A DNA stretch of 63,456 nucleotides, counting the filler, from Dirinaria sp. TL-2023a (Eukaryota): assembly GCA_051941275.1 (NCBI GenBank). It is 12 parts of 12 records of this genome, joined end to end, with 100 filler letters (N's around TTAATTAATTAA, not from the genome) between each part and the next. Parts side by side here need not be neighbours in the genome. Positions count along the whole stretch, not along the records: positions 31,921 to 37,113 come from JAVEBF010001706.1; positions 37,214 to 42,400 come from JAVEBF010001707.1; positions 42,501 to 47,675 come from JAVEBF010001708.1; positions 47,776 to 52,943 come from JAVEBF010001709.1; 8 more parts are not named here. The stretch is one strand, 5' to 3'. The first letter of the stretch is position 1. The number at the start of each line of letters is the position of its first letter. This document shows positions 36,844-49,244 of the stretch, one piece after another. Position numbers and translations under genes: made by a program. A model generated the notes under the pieces. It was given only the letters and a program-made list of their open reading frames with translations, was not told where the DNA came from and searched no databases.

Positions 36844-37113
36844 TGACGGTTGGGACCGATTTTGTTGCACCGATTGATCCCTTCATAGCGCACGCTCAAT
36901 CTAAGCATAGTTTCAAGAAAGGGGGAAGATTCTTTTATATGCCTTCTCCAGGCTTATATGCCCCCTATCTTGCTCTTGTAAAAATATCTTATACCCCACC
37001 ACATAAAGCTTCAAAAAAATAAGCGAGCCAGCGATCATGAGTTGTCAGCCATGACACAGAAGAATCCGGAATATCAACGATAGGTTAGGAATTTCCATAT
37101 TCCTAATTAAACC

Positions 37114-37213
37114 NNNNNNNNNNNNNNNNNNNNNNNNNNNNNNNNNNNNNNNNNNNNTTAATTAATTAANNNNNNNNNNNNNNNNNNNNNNNNNNNNNNN
37201 NNNNNNNNNNNNN
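37114..37213. other. Artificial contig linker
   Basis: N44-TTAATTAATTAA-N44. Confidence 0.99.
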
Positions 37214-38865
37214 GAAAGTGGGGGGCGTGAAATTAGAAAGCGGGGGCGTGTAATTAGAAAGAGGGAGGGAAGATTGTCGAGCGAGCGCCTTTTGAAATTG
37301 ATTTCTAATTGTAAATTATCAATTTCCAAGCACATTTGACGATCCATCCCCCTTCACAATCATAATGAATCGGATTCCAGCATTCGAAATCATTTTTAAA
37401 TTTTTCCATTCCGCGAAGTAGTTCAGCACATAGTCTCTCTTTCCATCGAACGCCTCCCAATCTCGTTCCCTTATCTGCACCCATCATTTCTTCTTTCGAT
37501 TTCTTCTTCTCAGCTTGAGACAAGACATTGCTCATCGTTGTATCTCAACATAGTTTCGATAAAAGATTCTCTCATTCCTTGATAACGCTGTTCCTGATTG
37601 TGATCAAGCGAAATCAAGACAAAGACTAATCCTAAGAATCATTCCATTCTCCAAATGGGGTAATTTTCCTATGTCCACACTCTTTTATTCCAAACGAAGG
37701 ACGAAGAAAAGTCGGCACAGCACGCAGTCTATGTGCGCAAGTGGAGTCATCAACCCGTATTTTGCAGAATGCGGGGTGTTATCCGCTTGACATTCCGAGA
37801 TCGTTGTCAATTGTGAAACCCGATATGCATTTCGCTTAAAGGTATGCCACTTAGAGTATGTAGTCAGACACATTTTCGACATTCGAGACATTCTTTAATC
37901 CTCATGCGGATGACCTAATGCGTCCCGGGTCTGACATCCGCAAGCCGGTGTCATGATTATCGGTGGACGAGTAGAAATCAGTCATGCTATCTGAATACTG
38001 GCTTTTATTATTGCATTCAATCCCCACACGAGTCTTGATGAGACTGGTGAGAGACCGTTGCTTGAATCACCCTTACTTTCCTCTGTACTGAAAGCAATCA
38101 TGAAATGTATACCAGGAATCAATTCCTGATTCCATCATCCTTACTATAGAGCGATACTAACCCTTGAGCTTGGGTGTCGCACTGTGACACGGTTGGCTGG
38201 ACTCTCTTATTGCTCACATCCTCTTTTGCTGCTGATCACAGCTGGCAAAGTCATCTTCGATTCGAGACTCGGCAGGCAGTACCCTGCAGAAGTGCTGAGC
38301 ACATCGTGTAACCTGTTTCATTTCGGTGTAAAGCCTCGACCCGCTCAGCCTTCGGGGACCTTGAGACCCTTGGAAATCCTTCTTTCCTAGAACGCCTTAT
38401 TGTCCATAGACTTCTGTGGAGCGGTGAGCTCTTATCGTATTCGCGGACCATGCAAGCAAGTCTGGCCTGATGAATGAGTTGTCGTCTGTGGTAGCACTGT
38501 GCCGTGTTTGGACCAGTCTACCAACATAGACGGGATGATTGTCGGCAACGAGGGCCAAATCTTCCTTTCTCCAGATAGACACGGTCTCTTCACCACCCTT
38601 CGTCATTGGTCAATGATATCCCAAACCAAGCTTGTGTGCCTATTCTCCACTCGAGATGCGGTCAGCACAATCCTTCCCAACGTCTATAAAACTCAGGTCC
38701 ACGGTAGGAGGGCAGCCTCGTCGTGCTATCCACCAGCGCCACCAGTAAGGATCCAGCATGTACCAGGTCCCGGAAGAGCGGCGCGCTCATCGCTTGCTAT
38801 GCTCTATTAACCATCGAATCGCTTCTCGTATCTGAATTAGATATTCATCACAGGTTTCGTTGGGG

Positions 38866-40281
38866 ATGGAAACTCCAGCAACTGACACTACGCCTGCAAG
38901 TGTTCGGAGAGCGTGGACGCCTCAAGAGGATCAAATCCTGCAACGTGAGGCTGGGCTCCAATGTGTGTAAGTTTGATCTGGTAAAAGAGATGTTCAGTAA
39001 CACGTATTCTCTTAGTGCAGAAGGGAAGCCTCCGGGACTGGAAGTTGATCGCAACAAAGTTGCCTGATCGGACAAACAAAGATTGTCGGAAAAGATGGAG
39101 CAAAATATGTGATAGCATCAACAAAGGCCCTTGGAACCGTCGTGAAGACAAGATGCTGGAGGAAGCAGTTGCACAGGTCGGACCTCAGTGAGCCATTTCG
39201 CTTCAAGCAATTGAACAGTCATTAATTGTAGGCTTACGATGTGAAAGATGGATAAGCGTAGCAAAGCGGGTCGGTACACGTCATGCGGACCGTAAGTGCA
39301 CCAGTGCGTAGTTATGATGATGAAGCTGATTTTAAGCAAAGAATGCGCCAAGCGATGGAGACATTTCTTAGACCCCGATCTGGATCACAGTCGTTGGGAG
39401 CCGGAAGATGATGCTCGTCTTTGGACGGCGGTCCTCAAGTACGGTAGTAACTGGAGGAAGATTGTTGAGGAAGTGTTTCCGGAACGAAGTCCCAACAACG
39501 TGAAGAATCGGTTGGTAGTCCAAATTATCAATCCTTTCTGCAAGTCTTACAAACAGCACATAGTTATACGGTCATTCAGAATCTTCGGCGACGCGGGAAG
39601 GAAATCGGTGCAACATCCGAGGCTGAACCATCCGATTCTTTGTTTGTCAACAATGTCAGCGATGGCATTTCGAACTTCGATCCTTTGACGACTGATCTCA
39701 ACACGCCTCCAGAACTCGAGAATACAATTTATCCAGGAGACGTTCTGGATGATGACTTCGGGCTCTTTCTTAACGATTCTTTGACCTCTAAAGCGCTCTC
39801 GTCATCGCAAACTACCACAACAAGCTTGGCAGGTGCAGTGGTCTCGAACAGTAGCTCTGTCGGTGTCCCGGAGCTCGGTGGTACGATACTAAGCCCAGCC
39901 TCCGTTGAGGGTACGCAGCCCTGCGACACTACGAGTGGGCCATCAGCAGAGACGCTTATACTAAAGGATGGAAGTTGCGGGATTGAGGCATCTATGGCTT
40001 TCGGGACCCACTTCGGAAGCGAAGCACCGGTTGAAGTACTTTGGGAGCCGCATAATAGCGGGTCCGTGGACGAATCGGGCTGTTCTGCTACTCATAAATT
40101 TAACAACATTGAAAAGAGCGCCCAAACAAGGTCTATCGCCAAGCTATCACAAGATTCCGTGGCTGAGACAAGGAAAGTTTCGTTAGTCCTTGAGGACATG
40201 CACCCAGAGACTGCCAATAGGGTGACGTCTATGCTGCTCAATAGCAATGTTGACGTGAAGATGAAGATGACTGTCCGGTGA
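38866..40281 (+). CDS. Three-repeat Myb/SANT transcription factor (Bas1/BasR-like)
   Basis: Spliced repeats WTPQEDQIL..DWKLIA..LPDRTNKDCRKRW; KGPWNRREDKML..WISVAKRVGTRHAD|.CAKRW; RWEPEDDARL..NWRKI..FPERSPNNVKNR. Acidic S/T-rich C-terminus. Confidence 0.88.
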
Positions 40282-40626
40282 GGGACAACCTTCGCATCCA
40301 TGTATTTCCACAAGTAGTGGCAAGAATAATAAAGCGTGATGGATAAGCATGAGTTTTGCATCGGCCAGTTTTAGTATGCTGCTATTTATGAGGTAACCCC
40401 TCCCCTCCGCATGCAGAAGGAGGTGCTATATCATAAACGACATGACACTAAAAGTGACCCATGAAATACATAGTCTCATGATGGCTTTTCAATGCCGATG
40501 AGCGGCGCCAATGACTTATGATTACCAGGCGCTCATTTTTACTTCAGATTAACAATAATGAGAGAAATACACGAACACTGAGGCGCTACTTTCTATCGGT
40601 CTAAAATTTCAATTTGAAAATCCGAT

Positions 40627-41767
40627 CTAACGCTTCATAGGCCACAAAGAGCCCCAATACCAAGCCATCGCCCCAATCATCGACGCAGCCACGGCAGCCA
40701 GCGCCGCTTTCTTAGCAGCTGCTTTGATGACTCTGATAAGATAAAATATATGGACACCAACAAAGAAATCTTCATCGGGAACCTTGGGAAACGGCGTGTC
40801 GGGCACATCTTTGTCCAGAAACCCACAGAGCTCCTTCCAACCCGACTTCCCCGGCGTGAATTCCAGTAGCCTCTCCTTCGGACACACTCTCCGCACGGTG
40901 GCATTGTGCTCAAAATAGTTGGCCTTGGCCCTTGCGGGCTCGGTCCAGCCGATGATGCGGCTTGTCAGACGCATGTAATCCCACCACGGCTTGACGAGCG
41001 TGGGGTCTGCCCAGACGAGCAAGGGCCAAGATTTCCAGGACATCACGTAGCCTACGGAGCGGGAGACGCCAGCAACCCATTCTGCGATTCGGTTGAAGCT
41101 TACGTGTCAGCTGTTGTCGCTTGCGCTCAACGGCCCTGAAATTTGGTTGAGTGAGAGGGGCAGGATACTTACCATCGACAGGCATGTCGGAGAGGACAAC
41201 TTTCGCGTCGGGGTACATCGTTATCAGCTCTTCGGCAAAATTCAGGCACGGGACGTCCAGAACGGCCTATTTTCCAGAGACATGAGAATCTCGCAAGTCA
41301 GGATATCGAAGTAGGCTCAAACATCCGAAATACTCGAAGTCTCCATGTTGCCTCCTTCCTCTCTTTTCTCGATGTCTCATTTCCGGAGCCGAGGGGGGAC
41401 AAAAAAAGCTCACATCATGCCTGCCCAACATCTGATCAAACTCCTCCTTCCCCCACACCTTCCCTTCACCAAGGAACTTGGCCTCCTGCGCCTGCTTCCA
41501 GCACGGGAAATGCGTCGGGTTCTGCGACACCTCGGCGAGGTGATATGCGCGGTATCCAAGCGTTTCGAGCGCGATGGAGAGATTCATTGTCCCCGTGCGC
41601 GAGTACCCGAGACAGAGCACGCGCATGGGCACCTCGCGCGGATTTTTGTGCAGGAAATCGATGGGCCGGAAGGGAGTGGGCGGCGTACCAAGAATAGTAG
41701 TGACGATCGAGTCCATGAAGATCTTGGTGTCCCGCTCCGCCGGGGACAGCGGCGTTGTGGGGGCCAT
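40627..41767 (-). CDS. P-loop sulfotransferase-like protein (Sulfotransfer_4 type) with C-terminal hydrophobic anchor
   Basis: VLCLGYSRTGT, ALETLGYRAYH, YPDAKVVL, EHNATVRRVCPKERLLEF, GWKELCGFL..VP..PFP. Confidence 0.85.
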
Positions 41768-42400
41768 TATTGAAGTTGCTGCAGAGGGACCGGAGGAGGG
41801 GCGGGGATTAGATAATTTTGTGCATTTTGGTTTCTGCGTTGATAATGGATTTGCCAAAACACAAAGCGATATGAAAAAAAAAAGAAGAAATTGGAACGGA
41901 TACGGAGGCGGCTCTCTTGGAAAGCGTAATACTCGGGTCTTTTCTCACAACAAGAATACGGACGAAATCCAACGAGCAATATGTAATTGTATTAGAATTC
42001 CTCCCTCAGAATTCATTCGAAGGAAATTCTTCCCTCGATCTGTTGGTTCTTACGTATGTCCGCGAACGACCACTGTACTAGAACATACGCAATAGGGTAT
42101 ATTCCTTTCACTCCGTAGACTGGCGTAAAATAACTGTGTATGCTAAGGGGTCCTTTGGGCAGGTCCGCGAACATCAAGATCATTGCGTGTCAATAGACCA
42201 ATCGACCATGATTTCCCCATCTGGATCTGTCGTATCGCCATTATTCCCTAAGTCCGGGCAAATCCTCCGGAGGAAAAACATCTACTAACGTGATTGAGCA
42301 ATGCTTGTAGCTCCGCGGCTCGTGGCGGCTCGAGTTGCTAGTGTTCGCTTGCAATAATCATAACAGCACCCCGTTACGTTCACACCCCCCGTTCCTAATG

Positions 42401-42500
42401 NNNNNNNNNNNNNNNNNNNNNNNNNNNNNNNNNNNNNNNNNNNNTTAATTAATTAANNNNNNNNNNNNNNNNNNNNNNNNNNNNNNNNNNNNNNNNNNNN
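42401..42500. other. Artificial contig linker
   Basis: N44-TTAATTAATTAA-N44. Confidence 0.99.
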
Positions 42501-45500
42501 CGTTACTCGCGGCGTATGTCAGCGGAGTTTCATCCTTTTTGTTCTTGCAATTGAGCTCGAGCTCGTCTCTTTCAAGCAGCAGTTTGACTATGTCCACATG
42601 ATCGCATTGCGCAGCGTATATCAGCGGGGTATTTCCACCTCTATCTCTGCAATTGAGCTCGATCTTGTCTTTTTCAAGCAGCAGTTTGACTATGTTCGCA
42701 CGACCCTCACTGGCAGCAATTGTAAACGGGGTGGAATAATATCTATCCTTATAATTGGGATCGACATCTTCTCGATCAAGCAGCAGCTTTACAATCTCTA
42801 CGTGTCCTTGTGCGGCAGCCAATACTAGCGCCATGCCACATTCTTCTTTTTGGGGATTGAGGGTCGAACCGAAATTTTCCAGCTCTAGCTTGACGATAAG
42901 CTCGAGCCCCAACCAGGCTGCGACTGCTAGACGAGTAGGAGTGGAGAAGTGGTTATCATATGTATGCTGGCGTAGAGCTTTCCAGACATTGCATTGAATA
43001 GATCGAGGATTACATAACTGTAGTGCGGACTCCCATACCTCCCGATCCTGCTTTCGAACCTTAGCTTTCCGAAAGTGAGCATCCCAATTCTCAGCCGCAT
43101 AGTCCAGGAAGCAGAATAAATGAACCATATCCCCGTAAGGAGCCGGCATTTCATAATCATCATAGTGATCTGACGGAGGATAGGATTCGCATTCGAGCCC
43201 TTGTTGCTCGATTTCCCGGAACATGAGAAGAGTAATACATATTTTGCTCAGAAAGAAATTCGACTGTTTTAAATCGAAGGAGTATCCGAAGGGCTGTGCA
43301 AAAAAATTTCGATGACCGCTCGACTTATTGACTTCATCCTTCGAAATCAGGTACTCCTTGGCTGTCTGATGGATTAAGTAGATCTTTGAATCCTTTATGC
43401 TTACAAAGAGGCTACAGATGCTTCTAATCCTATCTGGAAAAGTATCCTCTGGCTCCATTGAAGATGAAAGTTCTTCATATGACCTACAGGGTTCTCTTTC
43501 TTCTAACCTTTCATGTATGGCATATGCCAAATTGAGTTCTCCGATTCCTAGAGGCCTCTCTGCTGCTATAATGATATGGAGAAGTCCTCTTGCCTGTGAT
43601 GCATATCCTAAGTCTTCAGACTTCTTCAAAATCTTTTCATATGCGTCTTCAGCGGTTCGAGGTAATTTACTAATAAGTTTTGTGAGACGGAACTTGGTAG
43701 AGTCCAGGCTTTTCCGAATAACATTCAGAATGAGATGCAACCAAAGATAAGTCTGATTTTGCATCCTTTGCAGATGCTGTATCAGAACGTCTTGGACCTC
43801 TGGCTTGAAAGGGTGCTTGCGGGTGTCAGAAATGCGCCGAATTTGATTTGGTATTGCATTGTAGATTTCCTGGCTAATTGCCTTCGATTCCTCATCCCCC
43901 CTCAGACTGATGGATTCCATATCTGGGATCACACCCCTGAATTCTAGTTCTATATCATGATATGGCCGACTCGTTATTAGGAATTTTAGAGTTCTAGCCC
44001 TAGTGCTGCATTGCGAATAGAATTGACCGAGTTTATCTATGATATTTCTGGCTGACAACTCTTTGCATTCATCTAAAGCATCCAGAATACAAATAATATG
44101 CCCAGCTTCTGGGTCTTGCGACGCTTCTTCCAGAATATCCCACATGCTACTGAACATGTTGTGGAGGCTTGGACCATGTTCTCCGAATTTGGATATTGCG
44201 TATTTGATGAGCGCGGGCTTTTGTACGAACAGCTGGTGCAGTATAGCGGCAAGCGCGCTGGCGTCGCTCTGCCGATTGATGTCATCGTCTTTGAAGAAGA
44301 AGTAGCAGACAGAAGCTTCTGCAGGTTCGAGAGTGAGAAGACTCTCATCCACGAGAGTCCTTGATAAAACTGATTTTCCACAACCTGGATCTGCAGAGAT
44401 CCAGAGTAAGCTTGCTTCATCTTCCTTACGCCAGTGTAGGAACCTTGGATGATCCAAAACCCATTGGCAAGTGTCGGGCACGCGTCTCTCATTTCGGTCC
44501 TTGTCCGCTCTATAGTTCGACGTGAGTGATTGAAGGCATTTCGACTCTTCTTCTGTCAGAACCTTAGGAGCACGAGCTTTGTCCGAAAGTTCTTTTAAAT
44601 AGCCCGCAACGAGTACAAAATTACTATCATGAGGACCGCGAAATTTGTTCATCATTGCGTGACGAACATCTAACGGAATACTTTTATAGCCAACAAGGCA
44701 CGCTGATTCTTTGGATACAAGCTGTTGGCTGCCTTTCAGTAACAACAGAGCCCCCAGTAATCGGTTGAAGCTTACCTGCACTTTTGGAAGGTGATTTGCT
44801 ATGAACCTGTTCATTACCGCATTTCCAATTTGAGTGACACGAGTTTCGTAGAAGAATCGCATATCAAGATTGCGTCGACGAGCCATTTCTGCAAAATTCT
44901 GGACCATATTGTCGAGGGCGCTTCCATTCTCTTCGAGACCTTGAAGCAGGATTTTCGACGTTTCTTTACCCATAAATCCACGCAATCCAGCAATCCATTG
45001 AGCTATACTTGCTGTTGCCGTTCCCCGCAGTGGTGTGCCTAGAAAGAGAACACCAGCTATCGAATGTAGTAGGGTTTTGTACTTGTTAGTCCGATCTCGA
45101 TCTGCTCTCTCCAGTGCCTACAGATAGGTATTAACAAGGGAACTAACGACCAGATGAAAAGTAATGTAGAAGAAAGCGATAACAGACCTGGACAACGACA
45201 ATGCCTCCAAAACAGGATCCAATAAATATGAGCGGTCTTCGTCCGACACCCTGGTCTTTCGCTATCCATAGACTCTCAAGAAAGGTCTCTCCAAGCCCCA
45301 AGATGTCAACTTGTTGGGCATTATCAGAGTAACAATTAGAATTGTAGTCATAGACCCAGATGCGAGCGGAAGGAATCATCCTTGGTAACATGTCATCATC
45401 GCAGAGCCAGTTTATCGCTCGACCTTTCGGTTCCTTATCCCGTTCGTAGGCAGTCCAGGTTTTGGGAGAGTGAGTCTCAATACCATGCACTGCAATGATG

Positions 45501-45679
45501 CTAGACTTCACTTAGTTGTACTTTCTCTTCGTGATGAAGGTAGAGCTCACTCAATGGTGGTATTTTCTTTGCTTCTGTCCTTAGGAAAGATAGGCGCCAG
45601 CCTAGGTAATCCATCTCGGGCATCCTATCAGATGTTAGCTGATAAGCCAAAGTCTCCTATCGATGGTCAAGCTCACCAT
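42501..45679 (-). CDS. Fungal NLR-like protein: alpha/beta-hydrolase (SesB-like) - NACHT - ankyrin repeats, 3'-truncated
   Basis: IIAVHG..W, NWL..MLP..IPSARIWVYDYNS, FIGSCFGG, LFLGTPLRG; Walker A ADPGCGKS (44371-44394); Walker B ILDALDEC; LITSRP; LIHQTAKEYL; ANK repeats run off the contig. Start codon inferred (ATG|intron at 45679). Confidence 0.92.
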
Positions 45680-45907
45680 GGAAGCCTCTGCAGGCGACCT
45701 CAACCATGCATTAAGCGAGGCCAAAGAAGTACTTGGCGAGCTATATTTCTTCTCGCGTGGTTGCCTTTGATATTTACAGTATTGAGGATGCTGACACAAG
45801 GCTGAAACCCTCTTGAAGCGACTGCGCACTTTTGCCAAGCCCTCGGCTGACAGGCTGAAGTAGAAACATCAGGCTCGCTCGAGACATCGACTTTTGTGCG
45901 TAGTCCA

Positions 45908-46983
45908 ATGGACAAAGCACCTTTCTCCCAGGAAATTGAGCTTGATAGCCAATTGCAAATCGATTATTCCAAAGTACCGCTAAGGCTATGTTGTACCAAT
46001 CACAAGTACACTGCCCTCCCAGGACAGCCCCGAGTTCACTTAGATTCCAATGAGCTTGATACATACTTAGCGAAAGAGCTGTCAGTTCCCGAACTCGACA
46101 GACTGGCGCCAAAACTTTGGCTGGTATAAGATAGTGCTCATGAGGTCGAGGCTTGAGACGACTATCTAACACGTGCTAAAAGGTCTCCACACCTCGAAGC
46201 TCGCACATTTCACCCTTGCATCATCAGGCTGTCAGGGGACGGACTATCATAGTGACCGAGCGCCCACAGTTACATCTGGTCTGGTACTACGATCGAATAT
46301 TTATCAAGCCCATTCCAAGATATCTGCTATCATGTGCATTCTGGCATTATCTGGCATCCCAACCTCCTCAGGTACGAACGGCGGCCATTGGATTCATGCG
46401 GTCCTACTCCTATCTTGTATATTCCGGGATCGATTTCAAGCTTGCTGTAGAGAAAGGCCTGTTACCCAGTGATACGCGCACAGCCGCTGGCGAGGATAAA
46501 ATTACTTGGAACTCCTTTGCGAGGCTGATAGCGTCCTTCGAGAAGTATGGCGATGAGGATGTTTCGCCGAGATATCACTACGGCGAACTTCGACTCTCTC
46601 GGCTGAATTTCTATTCTCGCATCTTCTTAGGAAAGCTGACGTTCCACCACATTGATGCCCAGTGGGGAGCCTTCTTGAACAGAGCCATCGCGCCATTCAT
46701 CGTGGTGTTCGCCGTTGTTGCCGTTATCCTCAATGCCATGCAAGTTGAGCTGGCCGTGCAGAATTGTAACAAAGTGCAGTCTTCCTGGGCTAAGTTTGCA
46801 AACGCCTCTAAATGGCTAGCGGTTGTCGTTCTAATTTTCGTTATGCTTGTGATCGTATTTATCTCCGTTCTTATTACATTCATGTTCTTCCACGATCTTT
46901 GGTTTGCGAAGAATGTCATGAGAGGAAAAAAGAAAAACTTGCCTGGCACGTCTTGGAAAACGAAGAAATCAGGTGTCGTTTGA
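45908..46983 (+). CDS. DUF6601-family protein with two C-terminal TM helices
   Basis: Two exons. EL.VPELDRLAPKLWL|..SPLHHQ.VRGR.I.VTE.P.LHLVW..DRIFIKPIP.YL, GFMRSY..L, RYHYGELRLSRLN, hydrophobic ..ILNAMQVELA. Confidence 0.85.
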
Positions 46984-47675
46984 GGGCATGCCAACAGGTA
47001 TGGTTATTAGTTTACTTGCAACATGTATCAACTGAGCCTCCCCCCAACTTGAGCCACCGACTTCGTACAACTTAGTCATGATTTGATCTATCCACGATGC
47101 AAAACATGGTTCATATGTTCAAGCATCTTACATTGTCCCAGCTCAAAACACGATCTTTCTCGCTCCAAATTACTAACAGCTACTATGTTGAAGAAGCGGC
47201 TCAGCCTGGAAATCAAGGAACGCTATTGAAATACTACTCTCTCGCTCTAGTGCCAGACAATCCTCCAAATTGTGGACGAGCTGCACTGCTGTGGAAAGTG
47301 GGATGCTCTGAAACGAATGTTCGAACTACGGGAACTCCGAGCCGCATATATGAAAGGGGAAGATGTGCTTCCTCGAAAATACCTATGTTCCTATAGCAGA
47401 GAAAAGAGGACGCTTGTAGCTCTCAACACGCAATTCAGCCAGAGTTTGGTGCGATCTTGGTTATGTGATCGTGAAGCTCATCGAATGCTAGTCCGCTCTC
47501 CCTACGCGCCAGGCCAACAAACTTAAATGGTGATCCTAGAATACGACCCCTTTTCCTTAACTGATGACTTACAGTGAACGTTTTCTTAACGCACAGTCCG
47601 AACAAAATATACCGTCCCCTCATTCATCCAAATCTCGCGCCTCTGATCATTCTCCAACCCACTTCCGTGCTACAG

Positions 47676-47775
47676 NNNNNNNNNNNNNNNNNNNNNNNNN
47701 NNNNNNNNNNNNNNNNNNNTTAATTAATTAANNNNNNNNNNNNNNNNNNNNNNNNNNNNNNNNNNNNNNNNNNNN
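47676..47775. other. Artificial contig linker
   Basis: N44-TTAATTAATTAA-N44. Confidence 0.99.
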
Positions 47776-47800
47776 ATACTGACCAGCTTTCTGCACACAG

Positions 47801-48704
47801 AAAATCGGACGTCGGTAGTGATCGGGACCCAGCAGTCTTCTTCAATGACTTTTGGAATTGTACGAGATGGCCGTCTTGCGACCAATTCTTAATAATCGAT
47901 TGCTGCTACGCTGCGAGAGCGTTCGTCCGGGAGCCTACTGGAAAACAGAAATTCGAGATACTTTCGTCTGCTGCAGAAAAGGATATAGTGCCTTCACCCA
48001 GGCAGCCTGGCTCATTCACAACATGCTTGACTGCTACCCTTCGAAAACTTCTCCAGGATAACGCAAAAGGATTTTCCACCTCTCAGATATATCGTGAGCT
48101 GTACCACCACGAGGGTATCTCCAAAAGACCTTGGCTGTTTGATTCAGCGCGCCAAGATCATGGCAAGATTTGGCTTCGGCCACAAAGACCTACAACGTCA
48201 CAGAGCCCTCAGGAAGAACTTGGAGAGACCCGTGTAAGCCTGACGCTTAGGCTGCAGAATACACCGGATGCTCTTACCATACTGAACCAAGTTGCCTTGA
48301 AATTGCAGTATCTACCTCACGTGGATCAGGTGAAATTTGAGAATCTCTATGCTCCAAAGCGGAAGATCGAGAAGCTGCGAGGATTCCTGCATCAGGTCCA
48401 CAAGCTGCGGCCTCTAGTCAGAAAATTACACGCAAGGCGTCGAATGAAACGGATTCGCGAGATGTTGACCAAAGAGGACTCCAAGACCTTCGGACGAAGC
48501 TTCGCGAAATTGTTACTAGAATTAGGGGATAACCATGGTGCATACGATTGGAGCAGTGCCATGTTTAATCATGTCGACCATCACGGAGCGATCGTGAGGT
48601 CCTCTTCTCATCTCAGATCCAAGTCCCCAACTTGGCCGCTCCCGCCCCAACCTCAATCTTCCAATATCACGAATCCTTCCAAACGAGTCCGACTTGATGC
48701 ATAG
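47801..48704 (+). CDS. Caspase/metacaspase-like (clan CD, peptidase C14-like) protein, last exon, 5'-truncated
   Basis: After a CTGAC..CAG acceptor the frame reads ..SCDQFLIIDCCYAARAF..KFEILSSAA..PGSFTTCL..LRKL (DCC at 47898-47906) and continues into ORF 47988..48704. Confidence 0.78.
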
Positions 48705-49244
48705 GAGAAGACTTCTTGCGGGAATAGATCTTGCTAATCATTAATCATGTACATTTACAAACACTATCATTCCTGGTTTATAAGAGGGGTATGGTATTCC
48801 ATATGAAGGCGCTCGATTCATTGTTTCGGTGGAGGGCAAAAATTAATGGTGTGACACGGTGTGAGGCTCCCAAAAGTACCACGAGACTAGCAATATCCGA
48901 CTAGAATGTTGATGCAGCGTTGCTTCAAATATATTCGAGCGGGTGCTTCAGCCTAGGTAATAATGCTCATGATCTGATCGATGGCTGCCTTGCGATAGGA
49001 AATGAGTCATGGCATGCAGGGCGGGGTCATCCGCTCGAATCCAAGCCCCTCAATCCGAAGTCTCAGCCTCATCAAGGCATATAAGTATGGTTCAGGCCGA
49101 CGGCAAGGCCAGCACTGGGTAAGTAGATAAATTATAAAGAGTAGCGTGGGGAGGCACAAGTTTCAGTTGTCTCAGTGCGCATTCGCTGCCTTGCCGAGAA
49201 CCAGTCTATTCACTACGAACCCTCGACCCCAGTTCACTACCACC

